Made by a program: the position numbers and the translations under genes. A stretch of DNA of 63,929 nucleotides, the filler included, from Octopus bimaculoides (Eukaryota): the NCBI RefSeq assembly GCF_001194135.2. It is 3 parts of 3 records of this genome, joined end to end, with 100 filler letters (N's around TTAATTAATTAA, not from the genome) between each part and the next. Parts side by side here need not be neighbours in the genome. Positions count along the whole stretch, not along the records: positions 1 to 23,992 come from NC_068981.1; positions 24,093 to 44,536 come from NC_068984.1; 1 more part is not named here. One strand, given 5' to 3'. Positions 11,973-24,468 of this stretch are shown here, in pieces. The notes under the pieces were generated by a model. The model was given only the letters and a program-made list of their open reading frames with translations, was not told the origin of the DNA and made no database searches. Every line of letters begins with the position of its first letter. Within the stretch, counting starts at the first letter, position 1.

Positions 11973-12012
<40 letters not shown>

Positions 12013-12077
12013 GCGTGTGCAGATGTGAATTTACAAGAAGTTTTAATGTGCGTAGTAAATTTACACGAATAAACGTG

Positions 12078-12138
<61 letters not shown>

Positions 12139-12805
12139 GTGGTTCTTCTTGTGTTTGTTTCTCCATTCTCCACATAATTTCATTTATATATATATGTATA
12201 TTTATGTATGTGTGTTTGTATGTATGCATGTGTATATATTTCCATATATATATGTATATATACACAAAAATATGTCTGTCCCTCCATTTGGATAGATAGG
12301 TAGATAGATAGATAGATAGAAAGATAGACAGCAGACATACAGGCAGACAGATGCATACATGCATATATATACACACATATATATATACATACGCATAGAT
12401 ACATATATACACACACAAGCACACACACATACATATACATATATGGGTATACATATATACGTATGAATGTATGTACGTGTGTATGTGTGTGCGTGTCTAA
12501 ATAAAATAAATAACAAATGAATAACACTTGTTCAATCATAGCATCTAAATAAGAGGGTCAAGTTTATGATAAGAAAAACAAATCGTAGCACTTTAATTAA
12601 ACAACGACTACGTGAAGAGGGTAATTATGGTGCCATCCTCTTCCAGAAGTCATTGTTAATAATACAGGAAGACGGTGCGCCGTGAGTGACCTTCAACGGA
12701 AGACAAAACTTTCATTTACTTTTTGTTGATTTTATATTGTTCAATGTATGTCGTTTATTTTATAAGCGCGCGAGTGCGTGCGTGCGTGTGTGTGTATGTG
12801 CGTGC

Positions 12806-13044
12806 GAGTATACAGAAAGGCACCGAAAAACGCATATACATTAGCACACTCCACATATTTTTATGTGTATATATGTGCGTATGTGTGTGTATATATGTGT
12901 GTGTGTGTGTGTATGTATCTGTAAATGTGTGCATTTGGGTGTGCGTGTGTGCGTGCGTGCGAGTATACAGAAAGGCACCGAAAAACGCATATACATTAGC
13001 ACACTCCACATATTTTTATGTGTATATATGTGCGTATGTGTGTG

Positions 13045-13079
<35 letters not shown>

Positions 13080-13110
13080 TTATCTGTGAATGTGTGCATT
13101 TGTATGTGCG
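12806..13110. repeat. Tandem duplication, ~155-bp unit
   Basis: GAGTATACAGAAAGGCACCGAAAAACGCATATACATTAGCACACTCCAC occurs at 12806 and 12961. Confidence 0.9.
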
Positions 13111-13136
13111 TGCGCGTGCGCGTGTGAGTATTTATA

Positions 13137-14600
13137 CAGGGTGTTTTAAAAATAGGTACATACTTTAAAAATTAATAACACTTAATATTTCCATTTCCTT
13201 TTAGGTTCAGCTCATTAGAAATAATAGTTTCAAACTTTGAGACAAGGCCAGCAATTTAAATAAAAGGTGTAAGTCGATTACGTCGATCCCAATGCTCAAC
13301 TGGTCCATACTTTATCAACTTCGAAAGGATAAAAGGCAAAATTAACCTCGGTGGAATTTCAATTCCGAACGTAAAACCAGAAAAAATGCTGCAAATCATT
13401 TGCCTTTAAGCCATTAAAAATAATGAAGGGAGTAGCTTTAAGCGTTGACCAAAGCAAAATTTGTCCTACAATTCTACTCGGAGTTTGAAACGCAGTCGAA
13501 GTGCAAAGACGGTTTACGAAAATGTTTCGAACAGGTCCAGCTATGCAACTTAATATTACTCGATCTGGAGATAAGTGTGAAGCAGATGGAACTCTTCAGA
13601 ATGTCCGCAAGAAATATTGTGGATGATCACGGACATGGACAATCCCTACAAAGCAAGAAATGGGACTAGAACTGAATTGCCAGAGCTCAAGAAAATCTGT
13701 TCGGCAAGCGAGTCGTAAGAAAAGAATTTCAAAATAAAGCGTCCATCACATTTAATGTATTGGAAAAAATACATTACAAGAAAAGTCTTTGCTCTCAATA
13801 AAGATGATCCAGATAGAAGAGTGGAGTTTTGCGAATGGTATTTGGTAAGATGTATAGAAGATGCACACTTTCCAACAAAGATAGCTTGGAATGATGAGAT
13901 TATATTTAAATCAAATGGCACAATTAACCTCCACAATTGCACGTGCTGGGGACATGAGAATCTGCATATTACGGAAGAACATCATGTTAATTTACCTGTA
14001 ATTGCAGTATGGTGCAGAATATCATCAAAAGGATTGGCTGCACCATTCCTTTTTGGCGGTACTGTGACTGGTCCCATTTGCGTGAACTTGCTGCGACTGA
14101 CATGAAAAGCATTCAACTTCGACGCAGTAGCGTTTTATTTCTAGCATGGGGCATCCCCGCACTACTATGATAATCCACACACCTGCCTTGGTGACATTTT
14201 ATCAATCAGGTGGATTGGTTGAAGAGGTTCTGTAGAATATTCTCTACGTCGACCTGACTTCACATCATTTGACGAGATTTCTTTTTTGTATATAGATAAA
14301 TTTTACGTCGCAAAACCGGCAACGGTCGACGAATTGGGAGAAGCCATTGAACGAGAATGCGCACATATACCAAACAAAATGTTTCTTGATGTTTGTGATT
14401 CCAATGTTTCCTATTGCCAATCTTGCATAGACCAGAATGGTCATTAGTTTGAAAACAGACATTCATTAACAAAAAATTAAATTCTTTCTGTAGATTCTAA
14501 AGAATTTCGAAAATGAAATGTATTTTAAAATGAAATGCATTTTAATAAACACTGTCTTTATAATCATTCAATAGGTGTATACATTTTGGGGAAGACCCTG
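13137..14600 (+). mobile_element. Near full-length decayed IS630-Tc1-mariner element
   Basis: Both ends are TA|CAGGGT (13137; reverse complement ending 14600). Translation has [51 protein letters not shown]. Interrupted by a SINE. Confidence 0.85.
13221..13415 (-). mobile_element. Dominant tRNA-like SINE nested inside the Tc1/mariner element
   Basis: Reverse complement of the family core GACTTTGCCTTTCATCCTTTCGGGGTCGATAAA...GTACCAG. Confidence 0.8.
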
Positions 14601-15219
14601 TATATATATAGTTGCTGGTATTTCATGAGCAAAATAATGTTTATCGTACCATTATATTAGGAAATATATATTATATGAAATAATCCTTTAGACTTCAGAG
14701 ATACTTTTAAACTTGAAATTTCATTCCCCGTTGAAAATTGAAAAGTTTGCAAATTTTAAACAAAACCGTTTAACCATTTTCTAGAATATCCAAGACATAT
14801 ATGCAAAGATTTCCGGTATTCCACACTAGGATTTTGGAGGTATTCATCAAAGCGGTACGATTTTCTAAATTTTTCTGATTTTGGATGAAGATTATTTTGT
14901 ATATCTTGGATACGGTATATCTGAAGATATTACATATCTTAGACATTGTATATCTAAGATATATAGGTCTCTGCAATATCAAACGACAACATGATAACTT
15001 CAGATAAACTTGTGTGTAATGACTTTGTTTCAGGCCAGATTTTTTGTCAAAAACCGAATTTTTTCTAGCCTCCATAATAATATCTATAGCATTCATTTTG
15101 GTGAATTGTAAAATACTAATGAATAGAACTTTAGAAATAAAGTTATAAATTTCGACAATATCAAATTGGGTAACTTTGAAGTCGTAATTAATTTTTGTTA
15201 TTAATATTATTATGTCATC

Positions 15220-16010
15220 AGGGCGGTGAGCTGGCAAAATCGTTAGCAGACCGGGCGAAATGCTTAGCGGTATTTCTGAGTTCAAATTCCGCTGAGGTCG
15301 ACTTTGCCTTTCATCCTTTTGGGGTCGATGAAATAAATACCAGTTACGCACTGGGGTCGAGGAAATCGACTTAATCCCTTTGTCTGTCCTTGTTTGTCCC
15401 CTCTAAGTTTAGCCCACATCCCACCCTGCGGGCAATAAAGAAATAAATATTATTGTATCATCTAAGGCAGTGGACTTGCAGAATCATTGGCAAGCCGTAC
15501 AAAATGCTAGGGGACATTTCGTCCGCTTTTACGCTCTGGCTTCAAATTCCGCCGTGGTCTACTTTGCCATTCATTCTTTCGGAGTCGATAAATTATGTAC
15601 CAGTCGAGCACTGGGGTCGATATAATCGACTTATGCCCTCCTCCAAAATTGCTAGCCTTGTGCAAAAATTTGAAATCAATATTATTATCTCATCTAAGGC
15701 GATCGGTAGCATAAAGTACCAATCAACTACAGGTGTCGGTGTAATTGATTTGCTACTTCCCCTCAAAATTGGTGGTCTAACGCCAAAAATTTGAAATAAA
15801 AGATATACCATTTAACAATTGTGCTCCCGTTATTCAATTGTTGTAATAGTTGATTTCCTAATCTTATTATTGATGTCGCTTTTAAGGCGGCGAGCTGGCA
15901 GAATCGTTAGCACGTCGGGCATGATGCTTACTGGCTTTCGTCCGTCTTTATATTCTTAGTTCAAATTCCACCGAGGTCGACTTTGCCCTTTGCCCTTCGT
16001 CCTTTCTGGG
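15220..16010 (+). mobile_element. Cluster of four dominant-family SINE copies (15220-15445, 15464-15687, 15693-15803 deleted, 15884-16010 truncated)
   Basis: Head GGCGGCGAGCTGGCAGAATCGTTAGC, B-box GAGTTCAAATTCC, shared core. The first copy has a variant tail. Confidence 0.88.
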
Positions 16011-16039
16011 TTTTTATATATATATATATATATATATAC

Positions 16040-16184
16040 TCTTCTACTTGTTTCAGTCATTTGACTGCGGCCATGCTGGAGCACCACCTTTAGTCGAATC
16101 AAATCGACCCCAGGACTTATTCTTTGTAAGCCTAGTACTTATTCTATCGGTCTCTTTTTGCCAAACCGCTAAGTTACGGGGACG
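16040..16184 (-). mobile_element. 3' half of the CORE-like SINE family
   Basis: TTTCAGTCATTTGACTGCGGCCATGCTGGAGCACC...CCGCTAAGTTACGGGGAC, shared with 55040-55231 and 18315-18490. Cut by a gap. Confidence 0.8.
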
Positions 16185-17000
16185 NNNNNNNNNNNNNNNN
16201 NNNNNNNNNNNNNNNNNNNNNNNNNNNNNNNNNNNNNNNNNNNNNNNNNNNNNNNNNNNNNNNNNNNNNNNNNNNNNNNNNNNNNNNNNNNNNNNNNNNN
16301 NNNNNNNNNNNNNNNNNNNNNNNNNNNNNNNNNNNNNNNNNNNNNNNNNNNNNNNNNNNNNNNNNNNNNNNNNNNNNNNNNNNNNNNNNNNNNNNNNNNN
16401 NNNNNNNNNNNNNNNNNNNNNNNNNNNNNNNNNNNNNNNNNNNNNNNNNNNNNNNNNNNNNNNNNNNNNNNNNNNNNNNNNNNNNNNNNNNNNNNNNNNN
16501 NNNNNNNNNNNNNNNNNNNNNNNNNNNNNNNNNNNNNNNNNNNNNNNNNNNNNNNNNNNNNNNNNNNNNNNNNNNNNNNNNNNNNNNNNNNNNNNNNNNN
16601 NNNNNNNNNNNNNNNNNNNNNNNNNNNNNNNNNNNNNNNNNNNNNNNNNNNNNNNNNNNNNNNNNNNNNNNNNNNNNNNNNNNNNNNNNNNNNNNNNNNN
16701 NNNNNNNNNNNNNNNNNNNNNNNNNNNNNNNNNNNNNNNNNNNNNNNNNNNNNNNNNNNNNNNNNNNNNNNNNNNNNNNNNNNNNNNNNNNNNNNNNNNN
16801 NNNNNNNNNNNNNNNNNNNNNNNNNNNNNNNNNNNATATATATATATATATACCTATATATATATATATATATACCTATATATATATATATATACCTATA
16901 TATATATACCTATATATATATATATATATATATATTATTGCAATGCAATAGTATTATTTTCCAGCAAAATAAAGCGCCGTAAAAGTAGAATAGAAAGTAG

Positions 17001-17451
17001 TGGTACAACAAGGCACCAATGTTTGCTGGAAATAGCAGTCGATAACCGTACGACGCTATATAAAGCTTCACTGAATGTGTACTGGCAAAGATGTGTGCGG
17101 ACAGCAAATGTAAAATATTTTCATCTTACCTCTAGTAGGAACACCAGATTGATGAACAACCTAGAGGGGATAATCTACTACTCGAGTTTCGCACTTTCCT
17201 AATTACGCCTGCTATCGTAAATTCGGTTAGTTCTCATCAGCTAGGTTCACCGGAGACGAAATTTTAAAATATTTGTTACATCAGTGCCAGTATATTCGGT
17301 TGAGCGTCTAACCGTCAACAGAACCGAGATCAGTGAAAAAGTTTTATATGAAAATTATAAATATCATTGCAATACAATAGTATTATTTTCCAGCTAAATA
17401 AAGCATCGTTATCGTCTGCTATTTCCAACAAACATTGGTGTCTTGTTGTAC

Positions 17452-17453
<2 letters not shown>
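17001..17453. mobile_element. MITE-like element with ~46-bp imperfect TIRs
   Basis: TGGTACAACAAGGCACCAATGTTTGCTGGAAATAGCAGTCGATAAC (17001-17046) vs reverse complement of 17408-17453, 3 mismatches. Confidence 0.65.
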
Positions 17454-17483
<30 letters not shown>

Positions 17484-18314
17484 GCATATGCTCACATACC
17501 ATTTGTATTATTATATTATCGAACGCTACGCGTCTATTTGCAAGTAAGTTTTAACTTTATATTTCTGACGCGCACTCTATCTTTCTGTCATTCTATCTAT
17601 CTATCTATCTATCAATTTTTCTTTATTTCTTTCTTTCTTTCTTCTTCCTTCTATTGTCCATGCTTCTCCCCTTCACTGCTATATCTCTCTCTTACTCTCC
17701 CTCCTTGTCTCTCGTCGCTCACCTATGTTCAACTTCCTCCCTTTTCCTCTCTCTACCACTCCGCATGGTCAGTTCTTTCTCCATTCGGCCAGCATAAAGG
17801 CAACACAAACTGCTATCTCTCTCTGCTCAAGTACGTCATATCACAGCGTTCAGTATCTCATCTCGTTCGGCCTAATGGCCCTCAACATTTGTTTTCCCCT
17901 GTGTTGGTTTCTGTTTGCTACTTTGGAATCCTCCGCATAGCAGGTTTCACTTAATTTACTTCGCGGGAAGAGCTATTCTAAGAGTGCGTTCTGCCTCATC
18001 TTCGAAACGCTTAATTCAGAATAGAGGCAGCTGATGAAGGCAAAGTTCCATATGTGGCTTGTCTGTTTTCCTATGTGTTCATTCTGTTGTCCGTAAAAAA
18101 AGTTCGTTTTTGTGCTTTGTTTATGTTCTCTTTCTTTTTTTTGTCCACGTTTTTTTACGTCCGTACCCGGATATGCATCTATATATACATGTATATGTAG
18201 GTATGTACATATATGTATATATATATGCATATGCTCACATATCATTTGTATTATATAGATAGATAGATAGATAGATATGTATATGCCCCCACGCACACAT
18301 ATATATATTATTTC

Positions 18315-18490
18315 TTTCAATCATTAAACTGTCACCAAGTTGGAATACCGCTTTGAAGGGTTTAGTCGTACAAATCGACCCCAATACTTATTTTTTAAGC
18401 CTGATATTTACTCTATCTGACACTTGTCGAAGCGCTACATTACGGAAGTATAAACAAACCAGAGCCGGTTTTCAAGCGGCGGGGTAGACA
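18315..18490 (-). mobile_element. Degenerate 3' half of the CORE-like SINE family
   Basis: Diverged match to 16040-16184. Confidence 0.6.
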
Positions 18491-18604
18491 AACACGAACA
18501 CAAGTATACACACACGCAGACACACACACACGCACGCACGCACACACACACACAAACGTAAACACCCACGCACATACCCACGCACACACACATATACAAC
18601 GGTC

Positions 18605-19330
18605 ATCCATATTGTTTCAGTCTGCCAATGAATGGCTATGGCTTCTACCATATTTTGGGTTCGTATTTCTTTGTCCTCGTGATTATCCTTCCGACGGATT
18701 TCATTATAGAGTGTCCTAGCTACGACGTCATGTCTCATCGGTAGATAATACCGTGATAACATTTTGGACAACTGCTTATGATGTGGGTGATATCTTCAGT
18801 GTGAACTCCACAAAGTCTACATCGGTTGTCACTTTTACGGTTTTCCCTTTTGTGCATCAGGTATTTGGTTAATATTTCCTTTCCTGGATTGCAAACGCAT
18901 ACTCTTCAATGTGGGAGATAGTAATCCGGCTGTTGGTCCATGATAAACTGCTTTGATGATCGATGTTACTATCACCATGGAACTTTCTAATAACATGTCC
19001 ATACATAATCTTCTACTCATATAGGCTCATCCTTTCATCTAATGATACGTTGCGGTAGAGTCGGGCGACTGCTTTGAGCATGTATTCTAGGTTATCAGAC
19101 AAAGAGTGTTGCTCAAGGAGCTGCCTTCCAAGTGTTATGATGTTATCAGCTTCATGTATGCAAATTTGGTCAAGAGACGGACTTCAACATTTGGTGGTTA
19201 GAAGATATTGCCGAAGGGAAATGATGCGATATTCAAAGGTATTTTGGATTGATGTTAAACCTCTGCCGCCTTTTTTTCGTTTTAGGTAGAGGTGGTCTAC
19301 GTCACTATTTATGCGGAAATGATGTGTGCT
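18605..19330 (-). mobile_element. R4/Dong-like non-LTR fragment (post-RT region and CCHC knuckle)
   Basis: SDVDHLYLKRKKGGRGLTSI, FAIQE, DNRCRLCGVHTEDITHIISSCPKM..RYYLPMRHDVVA. Confidence 0.88.
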
Positions 19331-19651
19331 TGTTATGTATGTACGTATGTATGTATGTATATATGCATGTATGTATACACACGCATGCATATATACAAAT
19401 ATATTCTTTGTCTTTTATACTTTTACTGCTTTCAGTCATTGAACTTGTGCCATACTGCGATCTCCCACCTTCAAGTGCTTACTTTTGATCATATAATTCC
19501 AACTCCTTATTTCTGTATGGTATTTGCTATATTGACCTCTGTTTGTCAAAACGCTGTGTTACGGATTTTAAACTAGTGTATATATGAAAATGCACGCGAA
19601 CAGAGACATATACAAATCGATATATGTACGCATGTAGGTATGACTGTATTA

Positions 19652-19710
<59 letters not shown>

Positions 19711-19714
19711 GTAT

Positions 19715-19970
19715 ATTTGCCACCTAAACGTGGCTAACCCTTAAGGGTCGATGCTACTGTAGCTTGTAGCCTCAGGAAGATATCTCCTCCAGCTGGCTAT
19801 TGACACACTATCTGTGCCCTATCAGTATTTGCAAAGGGAAGTCATTGTTCCCATCTCCAGCCTGACGTGATACACACGGATCCGAGATGGGAACGAGTAT
19901 GCCACATTAGTGGGATCGAAACAGGAATCATTTGGTTGCATACCATAATAATCGTAGTCATACCTGCATC
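19715..19970 (-). mobile_element. Degenerate tRNA-headed SINE with a distinct body
   Basis: Reverse complement begins GCAGGTATGACT...GTTTCGATCCCACT (B-box-like). Confidence 0.45.
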
Positions 19971-20048
19971 GCTCTCTCTCTCTCTCACTCACTCTCTCTT
20001 TCATTCTCTCTCTCTTTCTCTCTCTCTCTCCCTCTCCCCCTCTCTCTC

Positions 20049-20081
<33 letters not shown>

Positions 20082-20539
20082 TACATACACTCACACATAC
20101 GCACACATACACACATTCATACAGTCATATGTGTGTGTGCATGTATAGGTGTATATATATAAATTTAAGCGTATATATGTACGTATACAGACATGTGTAT
20201 ACAGACATGTGTCTGTATATTAATATAGGTATGTACGCATGTATGTATTCATACAGTTATCTATATGTGAATACCTACCTACATCTGCAGACATATACAT
20301 ATATGCGTGCATATACATAGGCATATATATATATATATGTACATATACATGGATGAGCATACGCAACATGTGGAAGCTTGTAAAATTATGAAATTATATT
20401 TGCCGTTTCTAAAAATGATGTAATCATAAACACTTCTGAATCGAGTAGAGGAGGAAGGAACATCTTCACAAAATTTAACGAGGCTAAGATTTGTTATCTT
20501 TGTTCAGATATTGTGCTCTTACCTAAGTACATTTCTCGT

Positions 20540-20835
20540 GTGTACGTATATATGTATGCATGTATGTATACGTGCAGATTCGTATGTTTTGTTCTATGTA
20601 TGTATTGTCATGCATGTAGTTGCATGTCTAGACGTGCTCAAAGGATAAATTTGTGGAAAGTTTTACAGATTTTTACAGCTCTAGTAATGGCTTGGATCTG
20701 TAATCTTCGAATGAGCTTTCTCCTTTCTGGCTTTCAGAAGCCTAATTTCTCAAACCTTGTATTTAGGCAGTGTGTTATATATCCCAGTGCCCCAACGATT
20801 ACAGGTATAAACCTGAACTTGTAATCTGAATAGAG
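20540..20835 (-). mobile_element. R4/Dong-like 3' end, second copy of the 4689-5100 family
   Basis: Reverse complement aligns base by base with ~4845-5100 (AGAAAGGAGAAAGCT.ATTCGAAGA.TACA.ATCCAA.CCAT). Confidence 0.85.
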
Positions 20836-20932
20836 TAACGTAGATTAGTATGTATGTATGTATGTATGTATCTGTATGTGTGTATGTATGCATGTGTCTA
20901 TGTCTGTATGTGTGTGTGTATGTATGTATAAA

Positions 20933-21298
20933 TATTAGTTTCAAACTTTGGCACAAGGCCAGCAATTTTGGGGATGGGTAAGTCGATTACATCGACCTCA
21001 GTCTTCAGCTGGTACTTATTTTATCGACTCTGAAAGGAAAAAAAGCAAAATCTAACTCGCTGGATTTTGAACTCAAAACGTAAAAACAGTCGAATTGCTG
21101 CGAAGTATTTTTCCCGGCGAACTAACGACTCTGCTAGCTCGCCGCCTTCGACAGTTTAGTAATAATGATTTTAAATTTTGGCACAAGTTCGCGGGAGTGG
21201 TTTAGTCGATTACATCGACCCCAGTGCTCAACTGACACTTATTTTATTGACCTTGAAAAGGGTGCAAACTAATCTGCCAGCTCACCGCCTTAATAATA

Positions 21299-21329
<31 letters not shown>

Positions 21330-21806
21330 TCCTTTCTAAAATAGATACAAGGCCTGAAATTTGAGGAGAAAGGGTCAGTCGATTCTATCTACCCCAGTAC
21401 GCAACTGGTACTTAATTTATTGAATCCGAAAGGATGAAAGGCAATGTCGATCTCGGCAGAATTTGAACTCAGAACGTAAAGGTAGACGAAATGCCGCTAA
21501 GCATTTTGCCCGGCGCGCTAACAATTCTGCCAGTTCGCCTCCTTAATAATAATGATAATAATTATGGTTTCAAATTTTTCCACAAGGGCAGCTATCTTGG
21601 GGGAGGGTATGTGTTCAACTGGTACTTAATTTATCTACCCCGAAAGAATGACAAGCAAAGTCGAACTCGGCAGAATTTGAACTCAAAACGTAGCGACTGG
21701 TAAAATACCGCTGAGCATTTCTCCCGGCATGCTAACGATTCTGCCAACTCGCCGCCTTAATAATAATAATAACAACAACAACAACAACAACAATAACAAC
21801 AACAAC

Positions 21807-21853
<47 letters not shown>

Positions 21854-22097
21854 CAATGATAATAATAATAATAATAATAATAATCCTTTTTACTAAAGGC
21901 AAAAGACCTGGATTTTGTAGTGGGGAGGACTGTCGATCACATCGACCCTAGTACTCAACTGGTACTTAATTTATCTCCCCGAAAGGATGAAAGGCAACGT
22001 GCACCTCAGCAGAATTTGAACTCAGAACGTTGCAGCAGACGAAATACCGCTAAGTACTTTGCCCGGCGTGCTACCGATTCTACCATCTCGCCGCCTT
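20933..22097 (-). mobile_element. Head-to-tail array of five dominant-family SINEs
   Basis: Copies at 20933-21148, 21161-21291 (deleted), 21292-21544, 21545-21758, 21759-22097. Each ends (C)CGCCTT/CTCCTT on + and neighbours are separated by (AAT)n/(AAC)n. Confidence 0.9.
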
Positions 22098-22147
22098 AAA
22101 ATAATAATAATGATGATAATAATCATAATAATAATAATAATAATAAT

Positions 22148-23195
22148 AACAAGAGCACTCAAAGAACACAAACCTCCGCAAGGTAACACCAACGTCCTCT
22201 CAACGATTAGCCGGAGATGATTTTTTTAAATGAGAATATCTGAAATATTCGAATGCTCTCACAAACGAGAATGCTAAAACTGAATCCGACCGCTCTCAAA
22301 ACTTAAGTGAAAAAAATGGAAAAATAATCCAGAATCTTTGTCCAGTACCTGATCGATCCCAATGATAATCATGGAATGCGAAAGTGGGTGTACGGGCCGT
22401 ATTTGTAATGCTGTGTGTATCGTCTGCAGTAGGAACAGGGACAGTTTTCTCTATGAAGACCTTTTTTAGACTATCTACTGATATAGTGTCTTCACAATCA
22501 TTAAGGGCTATAGTGAAAAATTTATCCGTGTGTGAAGGAAAATGGAAAGGCCCTGCATACGATGCTGTTAACGGAGGTTTAACAACATCGTTGTGCACAA
22601 AAACGGGAATCCAAGAAGTAAAGCTTCCTTCAAGGCAGAGCTAGAAAATGCAATTGTCAAGTAAGTAAGAGATTTTAAAGAGGAATGATATATTCAAAAT
22701 TGGTAGAACTAAAAATTTTCGAGGATAAATTAAATTTATTATTGTTGTGAATATGTTAGTGTTATTTAATTTCTGAACGGTTTTGCTGTCGTTTGTTTAT
22801 GTAGTTTGATTTCTTTATCCATCAGTTTCTACTAAGATAGAGACGCAAGTAAAATTAATAATAGTGAAATGAAAATAAAAGTTTCCAAACAGAAACGGCG
22901 CCATAACTTACGTGGAAACCATGAGTGTGCTTCGAAAGGAGAAAAAATCAGAGAAAGACTTGAAAGCGAACGTAAGATCGTAATACTTCTTGTAAAGTAA
23001 ATATAACAAATATTCCAGAATCCTCGTCCGGTACAGGATCGATCCCAAAATCTAATTATTTCGTGCCAGTCATGAGGACAAACATCCCTGAAAGTTCCCT
23101 CCGAATGCATCCGGCGGATCTTGAGATATCTATTCCACGGACAAACGAACAAACACAACTGAAAACAGCACCTCCGCTTTCGTTAAGGCGGAGGT
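22148..23195 (+). mobile_element. Helentron/DINE-1-like non-autonomous element split into two halves (22148-22363, 23011-23195)
   Basis: 5' AACAAGAGCACTC...AACCTCCGC; 3' stem-loop ACCTCCGC-10nt-GCGGAGGT (23170-23195); (AAT)n on both sides. A ~37-bp internal segment is present in both halves. Confidence 0.6.
22400..22645 (-). mobile_element. Gypsy LTR-retrotransposon integrase C-terminus remnant
   Basis: HNDVVKPPLTASYAGPF.....TDKFFTI.LND.EDTISVDSLK matches the GPY/F module ...VS.DRLKP. Confidence 0.75.
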
Positions 23196-23211
23196 AATAA
23201 TAATGATGATG

Positions 23212-23243
<32 letters not shown>

Positions 23244-23269
23244 TAATTCGTTTTATTGGCCACAAGGGC

Positions 23270-23992
23270 TAATATCAATTAAAAACATATAAGGACAAAG
23301 ACAGGACGAAGATTACAAAAGGTTTTGTCCGAAAAGGTAGGAAAGTTCGTCTAAACAGAGGAAGAAAACGGAGAAAGATATAATAAATAAATAGATAAAT
23401 AAATAGATAAATAAATAAGTAGAACTCCCAAAGGGGGAGGCACTTCGAAAAAGGAAAGGTTACACGTGGAAAAACCCATAAAACCACGGGAGCCTGGTCA
23501 GAAAAAATAAGAAAGAAGTATAGAGCCCTTTCTCCTTTTACATTACTTTTTTTTTCTTTTTTTTTTCTACAGGTGTATTCTCAGAATTGGTCCGTTTATA
23601 CTGGCCATTCTTCCAACAGTCACCCATCTTTCAACGAATTTGCTATGAGACAGCACTTCCCTCTCTACTCTCATCTTCCTTTTCAAGTGGAACTTGAAAA
23701 AGTTCATGAGGCCTTGGCCAAAGAGGAAAGTGTCTGTTTTTAGCCCTTTCAAAAGGGTCCACCATATCACCTCTTTCGCTACAGCCACTAGGCATAGGAA
23801 AATTGCCTTGCCCTCCCGGTTAAAGGAGGTCGGCGGGTCAATTCTCACGATGGATTCAGCTGATAGCCGGATCCGTCCTACACGTGACAATAGCTGTTCG
23901 ATATAGACCCACAGGTCAGCAATGCTCGGGCACTGGACGAGTGCGTGCAGAACGGTTTCGTCGTCCTGAGCGCACCTCGGGCAGGCCCGGTT
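23270..23992 (-). mobile_element. Tx1/L1-clade ORF2 3' end plus 3' UTR
   Basis: CPRCAQDDETVLHALVQCPSIADLW zinc knuckle ...KEVIWWTLLKG...KFHLKRK. Same family as 50515-51490. Cut by a gap. Confidence 0.85.
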
Positions 23993-24416
23993 NNNNNNNN
24001 NNNNNNNNNNNNNNNNNNNNNNNNNNNNNNNNNNNNTTAATTAATTAANNNNNNNNNNNNNNNNNNNNNNNNNNNNNNNNNNNNNNNNNNNNATGGTAGG
24101 ATGGTGTGTGTATATGTGTGCACGTTTGTGTAAGTGTGTATGTGTGTGATTGGTATTTGTTAGGGTGTTGTGTGTGCGCATGTGTGTGTATGTGTTTGTT
24201 CGTGTGTGTGCGTGTGTGCGTTCGTGAGTGCGTGTGTATGTGTGTTTGTGTGTGTTTTGTGTCGGTAGGGATGTTAGGTGTGTGTACGTGTGAGTGTGCG
24301 TATATCTCTTTGTCTGAGTATGTATGTGTTGTTTTCATCGTCCTTGTAGTGTGTGTGTGTGTGTGAGAGCAACCGTATGTATGTGTGAGGGTGTGTATAT
24401 ATATATGGAAAGAGAG

Positions 24417-24468
<52 letters not shown>

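Noticed and set aside
11928-13168. Long ORFs of YI/CV/HT/LS type here and throughout (e.g. 24045-25109, 51596-53118, 62462-63086) and ORFs spanning N runs
   Set aside because: Translations of microsatellites or gaps; no coding signal.
14770-15351. 193-aa minus-strand ORF
   Set aside because: Begins in an antisense SINE and continues through AT-rich DNA with no recognisable domain.
17985-18100. Possible second hammerhead (CUGAUGA at 18031, CTGCCTC/GAGGCAG stem)
   Set aside because: The downstream box reads GUAA rather than GAAA and no stem III can be built; at most a dead Penelope terminus.
20933-22097. SINE array as a CRISPR-like repeat-spacer array
   Set aside because: Units are ~200-bp Pol III SINEs separated by microsatellites in eukaryotic DNA; no unique spacers or cas genes.
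23993-24092. TTAATTAATTAA in the middle of an N gap (also 44537-44636)
   Set aside because: Both gaps are exactly 44 N + 12 nt + 44 N = 100 bp. The 12-mer has stops in all six frames: a scaffolding spacer, not biology.
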